Part shown: positions 22,401 through 33,999 of the stretch, piece after piece | Layout of the letters: each line of letters starts with the position of its first letter | Position numbering within the stretch: position 1 is the first letter of the stretch | DNA from: Zygnema circumcarinatum SAG 698-1b | Lineage: Eukaryota > Plantae > Zygnematophyceae | NCBI GenBank assembly: GCA_037447605.1 | Contig: CM074804.1 | Span: forward strand, 620,001 to 684,000 | DNA length: 64,000 nt | Direction of reading: 5' to 3' | Notes under the pieces: model-generated | Seen by the model: the letters and a program-made list of their open reading frames with translations, nothing else | Databases searched by the model: none | What the model was told of the DNA's origin: nothing | Translations under genes and position numbers: made by a program

Positions 22401-23091
22401 AGACTTGACAAAATGTCTCACTAAAAAACATAGACTGAAGGCTTGACTTCGGCTGGAAGACGAGATACCCATCTCGTTTGGCCGAAGTTTAATGAAGGCA
22501 ATTTCTACGCACTAATTTAGCTTTCAGGAGGGTCAATTGAAGGCAAGTCAATGAGCGCTGACAGTCAGATACGATGCTTATGTACAACATCGTTCATCAA
22601 GATGCACTGACAGAACGTTCTCATGAAATGTGTAAGAAAAAAAGCGCAAGACCTAAACAAAGCCAAAGCTGCGAGTCATCCAGAGAACTTTACATGAACG
22701 AAGTAAAAATGGAGGCTAAAAAAGAGAAATCGATTTGCATCTATCACGAAGTATAGGATGAGATACAAATTAGGTTTGTCTCGCCTATGCAATCACAGAT
22801 AAGGAAAAGGGAGACAGCCGCCACAACGTGTATGATGAGATACAGATTACGTTTGCTTCCCCTATCCGGCAGCAGATAAGGAAAAGGGAGAAAAAAAATG
22901 AGAAAAGCCGAAGTATGTAGGTGATGATTTCAATCGATCAGAGAAGTGCAGCAGGAGAGAGAGGCAGGCTGAGCTTCCCGCAAAGTGCAGGCCCTTACAG
23001 TCTTCCCGGCCTTGTCGATCCCTAATATCAGTACGTGGAATTCCGCCTTCGAAAACAAGTACCTCCACAAACCGAAGAGTAGAGAAAACAT
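19441..23091 (-). CDS. ARFRP1: ARF-related protein 1 (ARFRP1/Arl3p-type small GTPase), 203 aa
   Basis: complement join(23091..22999,22070..21930,21527..21419,20523..20462,19835..19732,19543..19441) = 612 nt, open. MFSLLFGLWRYLFSK.E, GIDKAGKT, PTVGLNIG, WDLGGQ, ANKQD. Confidence 0.95.
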
Positions 23092-24404
23092 TCTAAGCCT
23101 CTTGATTAACACCCCCCCCCCGGCTTCAGTTCCCCTACAGATCTCCTTTAAAAATCCTGTAAAGAAAAAACCTAGAATATTACAACATCCTCAGACTCTA
23201 ATGCACATCTGCAGCTCGCCATGGCGCCAGCCAGTGGCCTCTGCCACTCCCCTAACTTCACAACCCCCTGCAGCTCTCCGCCATGGCCGACGATAATGCT
23301 GAGGATAATGACGTTGAGGACGAAGATGATGCAGCTGCACTGCCTGATTCCACCCCTGCTAACACATAATCTCCTTCATATAATCTCCCTCCTCTCCAGC
23401 TCCCAAGCGCACCTGCACTCCCACTCCCTCCCTCCCAACTTTAGGGTATCCCGGTATTCTCTCTGGTCTTGTCGTCACCGCTCGCCACCTCCTGTCCGCT
23501 AACAGGTCATGGGACATTAACAGCTGTACGATGACCAGTACGGTAGCCGGGACCGTGCTTTTGGTTACAGTACTGGTACTGTACTCATAAGCGGACGGAT
23601 TCTGTAGGGTCACAGGCAGACCTCTGTTACCTGATGAGAGATGGTTGGCCATGGGGTCGATAGGAGTTTGGTTCCGTACCGTACGAATAAAATACGGACA
23701 GGCGTACACCTGGGCCAGCCAGCACCGTACAGTACGGTTCTAGTAAATTTTGAGGGCGTTTTGCCATTGCGCTTCGGAATTAGTTTGAAATAAGTACTTA
23801 TCATTTAACGTTTATCTGTGATTCGCTGGATGTTGTGTACTCACTCTAATAGACTTTCCTTTCAGAAATGCCAAAACCCAATGGCGGCCGACGGTTCCAT
23901 GGAGCATTTGGGCGTCGTGTGCGACGCGTCACACAGTTCCATGTGCGCGCGTTTTGCCAGCGTGGCTACCACGCTGGCGCTTGGCGAAAGGTGGACTCCG
24001 ATAGAGCGCGTGCCTGTCCAATCGCGCGCCGTCACGTGGCAATAGAGAAGTCCCACGTGCTGTCTGTGCCACGATGGCACCCGCAGATCGAGGTGGCAGC
24101 TTGCATCGAATTGGTTGAGGCCACGTGGCCAGCTCTGATTAGCAGCACGGGCTGCATTTTAAAACGTGGCATCCGATGTGGCGTATTTACGACCGTCCGA
24201 CGAAATGTGTTTTGTACTGTATACAACGACAAACAAATATTGTCTAAAATAAGAGGTCGTATTTGCTAGCTATTGGTTGCTATTTTCTGAAAAAAAAAAA
24301 AAAGCCAATACAATTTAAAACTCTTAAAGCCTCTAACCTTGAATCCTACTTGAACCTTAAACCCTCACTTTGGAAAGGGTTGAACTTTCTTCTTCTGCAC
24401 CTCC

Positions 24405-25035
24405 TTCATTATCGATACGATATATCGTTCGCATCCACGATTATCGATACGATGTGTTGTCCACCTCGACTATTGGCGATACGATATATATTCCACCTTC
24501 TCTATTATCGATACGACATATGGTTCACCTCCTCCAGTATCAAGACGATATATCTTCCACCTTCTCTATTATCGATACGACATATGGTTCACCTCCTCCA
24601 GTATCAAGACGATATATCGTCCACCTCTCTCCTCCAGTATCGATACGATGTATCGTCCACTCTCTCCTCTATCAATACGATATATCGCCCAACTCTCGTC
24701 TACAATATCTAAACGATATATCGTCAACCCATTAAAGATACGATACATCGTCCACTTCTCTCATCCATCATCAATACGATATATCGTCCACCCTCTTCTC
24801 CTGCATCAATACGATATATCTCCCACCTCTCTCCTACAGTATCGATACGATATATCGTTCATCCCTCTCCTCCTGTACTTAATACGATATATCGCCCACC
24901 TCTCGTCGAGAATATCACCGAGATATATCGTTTACCTAGTATCGATTTGATTTATCGCCCACTTCTCTCCTCCAGCATTGATACGATATATACGCTATAT
25001 TGTCCACCTCTCTCGTCCAGTATCGATAAGATATA
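24405..25035. repeat. Degenerate about 32-bp minisatellite built on (T)CGATACGATATATCG plus CCACCTCTCTC
   Basis: More than a dozen variant units; a near-exact 64-bp duplication starts at 24491 and 24555. Confidence 0.88.
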
Positions 25036-25231
25036 TCTTGACCAATAAGGCTAACCACGTTCCAGTACGGCGGTAGTTACACCATCGCGACCTATTCTCA
25101 GGGACCAACCAATAAAGGCGTGCCATGTAGACAATTGGAACACTTGGCGAATTACCATTGGAGGTGCTCAACCGTGTGTCCGTACCCGAGGGAGAAATGC
25201 CTTCACTACGACCGTCGTCCCTCGGCTCGCA

Positions 25232-28200
25232 GTGGAGGCAGCCATGGCGGCAGCACAAGGCGCCATGGCTATGGGCCTCCTCGAAGACAGCCATCCGCGG
25301 CATGTCGTGAAGCTCAGAAGCGCCGCTTTCCTTTCCATTGAAGCTAATCCTTCCCCATCTTTGCATTTTAAAGAGTTTTCAAGAAGGCGGAGGAGCATTC
25401 CTATCAAGGGGTCGCCCTCAAATTTGCCTGCTGGCGGTGCCTGCTTCTGCAGAAGTGGTCCGGGAAGGTCGCATGGATCTCCTGAAGACGCGCCATGGCT
25501 TCTTGGAGCGCCTCGAAGTCTTCGTCGCAGCTTTTTGGCATGGGCCGCCGCTTCTGAGAGGCTTCCAAGTCAGGTGTATGCTGGAGGCTTTGAGACTAAA
25601 GAGTGTGGAGGAGGGGAATGGAAGACCTCGCAGGAACACAGTAGGAATAAGAAGGTGCGCTTGTTCTTGCTGAGCGACTTCTACTCTGTGGCTTGTTTGT
25701 TCACTTGTCGCTTTGGACGGCGCTGCTTTTGCTTACGGATGAATTCGTGATCATTTGCGACTGAATCGTGGCTCCGTAATTTTCTGGCTTCGTTTCGCCT
25801 AGTCTTAGCATACTTTGCTTACTGGACTCCGCTTTTTGAGATGAGTGTTCTGAGTAGTCATCACAAACAGTTTATCTTCAAGGACTTGCGTCTGCAAATG
25901 GAGAAGCTCTATTGTGAGCATTGGTTAGAATTGACTAGCAAGGAGATAACTAGATGAGGTATACAAGTGGAAGTTTACAGGGAAAAACTACAAGACCACC
26001 AAGCCCAAATTCTCAGCAATTTCATCCTTCGGTGGTTGATTGAATTTCTGAACGTATTATGTCACAAGAGCATTTGAGCCCGTTCATTTGTGTGAATGTG
26101 CCTCCGAATAGTGAAGTTAATATTTAGTTGAACTGTTCAAGTTCGAACACTTGTCGCATGTATGGTTATTTTCCCAAAAGCCAGGTTCACGAGACCCGGC
26201 AGGAATAGACAGACCACAAGCATTTCTTTTTGTTTGTCAGCAATAATTGCAACACTTGCTAGGCATCTGTATTTTGGCTCAACGGGGACGCGAACTTCAG
26301 GTCGTCATTACGTGTGAAACTCTTGGTAGTGAAAAGATCTGAATTTGATAATAAATGAAACTGCAGTCGGAGACAAGTCCGATTTACGTTTCCAGATGCC
26401 TATCTTTGGGTGGTTGTGGAAGCATTCATAAGTATGGCAAGTTCTTTCCAATCGTGAAAGCTGCTGGAGTTAACAGAGAGAGCTGGAAAGCTAAAGTCGC
26501 CGAGTCCATTCAACTCTTCCAAGTGTTAGTAAATGTCTCTGCTTATCCTGTTGCCTGAAGTGATGATTGCTTGCATTTCTTGCAGGCTTCAAGGCCCAGT
26601 TTAGAGAACGAGGAGCCAATGCAGAGCAGTTGGACTCGTCGTATGGTTCTTGCGGGGCTTAGTTTGGGAGCAGCTGCTCCACCAGCCCTTGCAGCCTCCA
26701 ACACGGAGCCCTCGTTTGGAACGCAGATAACGCGGACTCTTGGAATAGGAGATGCAGATATATACTACCCAGAGTGAGTTTGTTAACCCGTTTCCCCACA
26801 AAGAGTATGAGCTTGCCTATCTGCACTGGGAGCAGCATAATGAAAGACCTGCCTTCCCATAGTCCGCTCACTACATATCCACTCTGAGTTGTGAGAGTCT
26901 TTTTGTGGGGACCTTATTCAGTTGGGTGTGCGTTTGGGTGCAGTCTGAGGGAGCTCGGATGCTTCTTCATCCTTTGCCTGAATGTGGGTGAGTGCAGGGC
27001 AAAGTCAGTGAGGGATACATTATGAGAGAGGATACTGTCGGACTGCGGTGTTTCTCACCTGCTCCCTAGGGTTTTCACTACTACCAGTGTGCCCCCAATT
27101 GTCTATGGTTCGTTCTATGGTACTGAGAGGGTATAGGCTCCTCCAATATGCTGACTGGTCTGTACGGGAGTGTGGTGCAGTTTTTTTGAGGGCACGTGGG
27201 ATTGCTTTTCTACCCTTATCGCTGTGGACACGCCGCAGGTGAGCTTCAGACCGAATTCATATGGAAAAGAAGAAGAAAATGGAGACAAAGAGGCTCAAGC
27301 TATGGCTAGGTGGAAAGATTCGCGCATGTTTACCGTGCACAGCAACTCAGTGGGAGGTAAGCAGTGGTGTGGGAGCAGGGAGAGGAGATGGCTGATCTCC
27401 GGAGTGTAGATTCTGCTCGCAAGCAGCTCGGATACGCTATGCAATATAAGGCACGTTTCGTGCCCTATAGGGGGCAGATCATTGGAGATCGCCTCTTCAC
27501 TACACGGGTGCGTGGTCATAACCCGGCACTTCTTCTTTTTCGCTCCTTCTTTTCAACTTCCTACTTCCTAATTAGATTCCAATGATGAATACTACGCTTT
27601 TCTTCTCCCTCTCCTCTCTCACCCTTTCCTAGATAACTGGAGTAGGGTTGTACCTGAGTCCTTTGGGAGTGAATTGGGGAAGAATGGCTTTCAGTCACTC
27701 GTGGAATCCACCGTGGGACGTGACATAATTGCTTCAGGCGAGTGGGATCCTGGGAGGCCGAGTCGGCTGAGCCTCACAATTAGAGGCGGTACAAAAGTAA
27801 AGTGTTACTCCTCCGTAACCCAGTCCCCGCTAACTTAATAATCTCCAATACCCTCAAATCGACTGCAATAATTTTTCGCAGTAATGCTACAACTGAAGAG
27901 ACAGCATTGCATGTAAAAAATTGGTTCGTGTGAGAGGGTGCAGTAGTGTGGAAGAAAGGAGGAGAGAAATTTAGTGAGTGTTGAATCGTTACTTGCAAAC
28001 TTTAGGATATTCTCTCTCCTCCCTGCAAGTTGGCGTTTTCTCTTTCAAGCAGAGAATTGCTGTATGACTTTCCCTATGCTTGTTCTGATGGCAAGGCTGG
28101 GGAAACGGCACAGGTGGAGAACCTGGTAACAAAACGTTCTTTTGATATGTCAGCCCCCGGGCAGTTTGATACCTTTGAATACTCCAAGCAGGTGGGGTGA

Positions 28201-29291
28201 TAGTTTCCAATTTGAGACTCCGAAAACCATCCCTTTTTCTCAGTACTTTTTTTAAGAAATTGGTGGCTCTAAAGTCCTTAATCGACAAAACACTTGCACG
28301 TAGGAAATAGTTCTGTTGATAATAAATAAATGAAGAAGAAATGCAAGGTAACTCTTATCTGTTTCTAATAGCAAGCTGACAATCGGCAGAAAAGTACTGT
28401 CATTTGACAGGTGTTTGAGAGCGGACGAGAACTCGATGGACCACCTTCTGTCAAGGTGAATTCATTCCCCCAAAAGCTGTCCTTTTCGCACATAGTTTTC
28501 GTCATGCTTTGCTTATTGGCTCGTTTAGACATAACAATGCGACTTAAGATACTTAGAGAAGCCATCGATATCAGCTTTCTTCTGTCAATACCGGTTCAAA
28601 TCATACACTTCCAAATGTGCAAAACTAGTCCAACTTACTGTATGAGGCTCATTTCAATAGCTACAGCATAATTCGGTTCTTGGTTTCCTCTGCTTTGTCA
28701 TTGGTATTGAGAAAGGCAGTTGAGAGTAGTGGATGTCAATTACAGTGTGGAGAAATGCGCTCAATGATTTGCCTTTCTGTGCTGGGGTGCGCAGGCGAGC
28801 GGCAATTTAACCCGCTACCGATGGGATGCTTCAGCTAAACAGATTAATGAAATTGAGGTATAATCCCATTCCCCTCTTACATTCCTCTTTTTCCTCTTTA
28901 TGTTCCTTCCTTCCTCTCCCTTCCTCCTTGCAGCCTTTCACTTCGATTTCCTCCCACTGCCACTCGTTGCCGGGTCTCCACATGAGACCCACAAACGTTC
29001 CAACCAACCAACCATGTCTTAATGTTGAAATTCAGCAGTACATTATTATTATTATTTTACTTGGCAAAACTTGGTTCTTATTGGCAACTGTCGTGGCCCC
29101 TCCAAGGCAACAAGTCTTTAGACTGTGTTGCATGTATCCTATTGCAGGCGTTCCAGAGGATATCTATGTTTCCTGTGGTTGGCGGAGCAGCAAGCAACAA
29201 GCCCGAGGGGCTCAGTCTTATGGACGTTATGGTCTTGGGAGATAAGCCTGTCACTGTGTACAAGTATGTCGTCAGATTCACTCGAGCCTAA
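25232..29291 (+). CDS. DUF6816-like plastid protein, about 409 aa, with a bipartite (Tat-like) targeting peptide
   Basis: join(25232..25654,26586..26773,27181..27238,27379..27507,27695..27796,28114..28191,28411..28455,28795..28857,29148..29291) is in frame. IYYPDFFEGTWDCFSTL, YKARF..IIGDRLFTT, WDPGRPSRL and DKPVTVYKYVVRF resemble remembered cyanobacterial DUF6816 motifs (YPDWF.GTW.VTSTL, DRPVALYRY). Family assignment is from memory. Confidence 0.7.
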
Positions 29292-29899
29292 TGGGCGGTT
29301 TGAGGGATGGAAACAACCAGCACTCAGCAGAGGCCTCTGCATGTCTTAAAGGTGACCAGATTAAATTTGACCAGAATTTATTGAGCTGTTTGCATGTGAC
29401 TGGATTTTAGTCCTTTGTCTGAAAGGTGACCAGAACCTTATTCATATGTCGAATGGGCAATCAGGCGAGAGGTAACAAAAATTTTGTCCGGTGAGACAAG
29501 AATTTTTAAGCAATGTCGAAGCTGATCTCTATTTGGGTCATCTCTCTTCAGAATGACCAAGTCTTAGTCGTCCGTTTTGCGAGGTGAGCTATTTTGGTCA
29601 ATCGTCTTCATTGAGGATTTTATTGTTTGGTGATAAATTTCATCTATAGATTTGATGTAGGAACTAAGTACTTAGGTCAGAACAGTATCCATCTGTGACA
29701 CTGTACAGAATCTGATTCATTTTAGGAAAGAACGGTACAGATTCGTATACACTTTAGGAAAGAACGGTCCATCGCGTTTCTTAGAATTGGAGAAATTTCA
29801 AGCAATTTCAAATGTTGCAAAACCGCCCACATGGAAACATCAATTTTCCAAGTGATAAGCAGTGAATGTCCCCCAATGTCGGGTCTAAGTCCTTTGAAG

Positions 29900-30115
29900 A
29901 ATGACACGATTTCACCGACTCGATTTCACCCACCCGATTCCACCCAGTCTATTCCAACCACACGATTCCACCTACCCACTTCTACCGTCGATTCCACTCA
30001 TCCGATTCTTGATCCCATCCATCCTAATCCACCCGCCCGTTTACCATCTACCCATCCCGTCCATCCGTCTACCCATTCCACCCACCTTATTCCAACCATT
30101 TCCCACCGCTTCTCG
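29900..30115. repeat. Degenerate C-rich short-unit repeat (cacccgattcc / ccatcc)
   Basis: Repeated gattccac, cacccg and ccatcc motifs in the convergent intergenic region. Confidence 0.6.
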
Positions 30116-30685
30116 CAAAATGGCACACGCTAGTCTGTACAGAGTTTCAGGACCTTTCCCAACCTCGCTAGTTTTTTAGGGGACTCTCATTGCAGGAGTT
30201 GAGCTTCAAACCTTTGTGCTGTGCTTGACGGATGACGAAACCGCCACAAAAGGCACTTAGTCAGAATGATCCCATGGCAAAAGATCCTGAAAGAAGAGGA
30301 GGGAAGAGGGAAGAAGAGAGTAGAAGGAGAAAGGACAGGAGGGAGAGGGAGAGAACAACTGTACTGGTGTCCAGGGCCCTGCAGCTTCGTCTCTTCAGAC
30401 AAAAAACTGTGGGCATAAAGACACAGACCGGGCCGGAAAACTGCCAGAGATCAGACGCGCAAACTTTCTATACACTATTCACAGGCCATCAAGAGATACA
30501 ACACAAAGTCTGTGGAAAAAATGGCATTCCCAGCAAGATTACAAGCGCTCCAAATGAGCTCCCAACAGTGTGGAGAGGACCTCTCCCACACTTTGGTATG
30601 CGTCGATTGTGTCAACGAGTGACCCCTGACCAAAAAAAAGTGCCTGACAGCACCTTCCCCCGGAGGGTGTTTCGCTCATGGAGGC

Positions 30686-33455
30686 TTAATAAATGCGGAT
30701 GGGCTTGCCCATAGTGGTCTTCAGCCACAAGCTCTTCACCTGCATAGCCATGGCAAGTAAAGACGTCCCGTTAACTTCACCTCCCAGCCATAGTCAATTG
30801 CATGGAAATAGCGTACTCTCCGCCGTTTCAAGTCACCGAGCAAAACTCCATGGAAACAACAAAAATGTTCTCCGTTTATTTATGTCGATTATGCTAACTC
30901 CTCTTCTAGTCAGGTATGAAGATTGGCCCAACAATAGCTATGAACAGGACGAATAAGATATCGACTGAACCTGAACTCCAAAACAGCCCAACCTACACAA
31001 CACGTCCTACAGTCTGTAACACACACAATGTACCATGCAAGTATTCCAAAGAATAAAGTGTAACAAAGGCTCAAACAAAAGTATGGACTACGAACAAGGT
31101 TTTGCACACAGCTTCCTGGAGGTGAATGAGGCAAATGCTTACATTTTGCCAGTTCTTCTTCAGCAAAGAGACGAGGAAGTTGACTGAAAGCTGCACATTC
31201 TGGAACACCTGCTTCTCCTCCATTTCGCAGTTGCCCACAGCAACACCCATGCACAGCACTTTCTTCAGCTGGAACTTCACCATCGCCCTTGTCTCGTTAA
31301 CCTGCACCGCAAAACTCCGAAGGAGCTCAGTTTAGCATCGAGATATCACCACCTGACAAACTGGGAACTAGCACCATTCTGCTCTTGTCATGAAAGACAT
31401 CCACCATGGCAAACAGAGATGCGTACTATAATGATGAGGCCAGTTACCAAAGAAGCCATACATTTACTTCAGACTTTGCGAAGTCAGTCTGCTAGATCTT
31501 AAAGACTTGCCTTTGACTCCAAGGTCTCATTGTGCGTCACAAGTGTCGGGAATTTTCCCGCCTTGTTCAAACCGGGTCCAAGAAGACGTGGAATCTGCTT
31601 GATGATAGCCTCTGAAGCAAGAAACGCATGGTACTTCTTTGAAAGCTTCTTCACCAGCTTCTTGTTCTTGTTCATCTTCTTCAGGGACTCCACGCCCATG
31701 CAGTCAAGAGACATCTTCTCAGCCTGGAAATCCCTCAGTCAAGCAGAAAAAGACCCACCGCTCAGTCAACTTGTCGTCGCTTCAATGACGACACCTGACG
31801 TCATTAGACGAATACACCTATCCCACCACTCGCTGTTCCTGAGCAAAGTGTCTCACAGAGGGCAATGGCGAAACAACATCTCAAAAGTTATGTCACGATG
31901 GTGTAAAGAAACAGTTAGCAGAACTTATCGACTCTATCTCCTTCGAGAATAACTATTGGTACAAGTTACTTGCATCTGTGCGACAGGGAAAAACTCTAGG
32001 GAGGACTGGAGACATTGAGGTTCATTCCAAACGGCCAAATATTCCAGCAGCACAAGCCGCCTGCTGAAGGAGGACGACAAAACACGACATAGAACCTGCA
32101 AAGATGGTCTTTCGTCTTGAATAAAGGAATAGTTTTGTCATCGAAGGGTCTGATGAAGAAGCGTTACCTCTTCGACGTGCTGGGCATCTCCAAGCATGCA
32201 GATTCGGTACTTCGGGCGAGGAATGTGAGGAAGCCTCACAGACCCACTGAAACGCTTGTCCTTCTGCGGGTCATAATTCTTCAGCCCAATTTGAAGCTCA
32301 ATTGTCTCTGTGAACTTTCGGTTCTTCTCCTTGGCATCATTCATGAGATTCGATATAGCCTCGCGCAACACCTCGCTCTGAAGCTTGCTGGATATTCCAA
32401 ACCACACCCGTGAAAGTTAGAATGGTCTACAAATAAAAGAGGGAAAGCACACAATCAAGGCCTAGGACATAGATGAAGCCAAGCGAGAAGCTGTGACTTT
32501 TTAACCCACGAGAAACTGCGTGAGTCAGTCTCCTTCGACCATACCTAAAAAAAATCGAAACATAGGAATACAATTGCTCACAAAGGGCCCGCTAGACAGA
32601 ATTGTACTACAGCCTTACTAAAGCGAAAAATTCTTCAATCATACTGATGTTCAGAATGTGTTCCACTGATGGAGTATCATCAGCTTACCTTATCCTAGAA
32701 ACTGCCTCATCCAAACAGAAAGCTAAACATTTGCTAAAAGGACGTCCGGGGAAAATAGACCTAATTCCTGATGTGGACAAAAAGTCAGGCCCCTTCACAA
32801 GGTAATCGGACTGTCCTGAACTGATCGAAGTCCAAATTTGCACTCGAACCAAACGAAAGCTCTGCTTCCAGTGAGAAAACCTAAGCAGTCATTCTCTTTG
32901 GAAGAAAAAACTTAACAGTGCAAAAACTCCGGCCGATTCAAAACAGCCTCCGAAACAACAGAAAGGTAGCCGAACCACGGGCAAACGGAAAGAAATCCCC
33001 CTCTCCCTCTCCCTCTCCCTCTCCCTCTCCCTCTCCCTCTCCCTCTCCCTCTCCCTCTCCCTCTCCCTCTCCCTCTCCTCTCCCTCTCCCTCTCCCTCTC
33101 CCTCTCCCTCTCCCTCTCCCTCTCCCTCTCCCTCTCCCTCTCCCTCCCTCCCTCCCTCTCCCTCCCTTTCCCTCTCTCCCTCCCTCTCCCTTTCCCTCCC
33201 TCCCCCCCCCTCCCTCTCCCCTCTCCCCCCACCCTCCCCACCCCCCCCCCTCCTTCTCCCTCTCACCCTCCCCTCCAATTCGCAAGCAGAAACCTAACAG
33301 CTTCCACAAACCCTTTGCTCTCGGAAGCAAAAACGCAATCGCATAAGCTAAAGGGCGGCAGAAGGTGCAGATGCAGGTTTGATGCAGGCGACATGCAGCC
33401 GAAAGGGAGCACCCTGCTGCTGCTGCCTGGCCATGGCCATACACACGCACCTCAT
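30686..33455 (-). CDS. RPL10A: 60S ribosomal protein L10a (uL1), 216 aa
   Basis: complement join(33455..33451,32387..32168,31723..31511,31301..31143,30739..30686) = 651 nt. [76 protein letters not shown]. Intron 3 has a GC donor (AAG|GCAAGT). Confidence 0.97.
32996..33275. repeat. (CTCTCC)n microsatellite and C-rich tract in RPL10a intron 1
   Basis: About 150 bp of near-perfect CTCTCC repeats followed by a C/T-rich tract. Confidence 0.95.
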
Positions 33456-33674
33456 CTTGCCGGTCCGCCTCCTCTGTCGCCGCTCAGCGAAGTGCAGAAA
33501 GAGGGCGTCGTTAGCGCCGCCTCTCCTATTTGTACCCCGCGGAGGGAGGGCCGCCCCTGAACCCACTCTTGCAGGGCATCTTCCAATCAAAGCTCGCCAC
33601 GTGGACAATTTTGTATACGTGGCGGATCGTTATTGGTAGGCGCTCGAATGAGGGGTTTGGAAGCGAGCTGTGTT

Positions 33675-33712
33675 TTAGGGTTAGGGTTGGAAGGAAGGAA
33701 ATTTTAGGGTTT
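33675..33712. promoter_or_regulatory. Telo-box elements in the RPL10a/NBS1 bidirectional promoter
   Basis: TTAGGGTTAGGGTT at 33675-33688 and an exact TTAGGGTTT (AAACCCTAA on -) at 33704-33712. Telo-boxes are typical of plant ribosomal-protein promoters. Confidence 0.65.
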
Positions 33713-33999
33713 GCATGAGAGAACTGGGAGGGCTTGGAGGCCAGTAGTTGTGGTGCTGGAAGGAAGGGCCCTTGTGAAGCGTCTGGAGGATAGAAGAGAG
33801 AGAGAGAGAAAGAGACAAGAGAGATTTGTGACTGGAAATGTTCTTGAAGGAGGTTGAAGGAGGCTTCGGTATTGCAGGTTCCAGGACTCGTGTTGCCTGA
33901 CAGAGCTGGGAGCTGGGAAAGCAATTGTTTCCTGGCGGGGCAGCAGAAGAAGGGCATGAGCAAAGCTTGAAGCCATTTTGAGTGTTTTGAGTGCGCGCG

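Noticed and set aside
24405-25035. CRISPR array
   Set aside because: Eukaryotic context, degenerate units, spacers themselves repetitive, and no cas genes.
32525-32683. Box C/D snoRNA in RPL10a intron 1 (TGATGA and CTGA on the minus strand)
   Set aside because: Box spacing is off, there is no terminal stem, and no rRNA-complementary guide is recognisable; an Rfam/snoscan search would be needed.
32889-33450. ORF-track proteins such as EGEGEG/ERERER/SPSPSP (also 18199-18846, 39727-40028, 59157-59589)
   Set aside because: Translations of microsatellites and low-complexity tracts inside introns or intergenic DNA.
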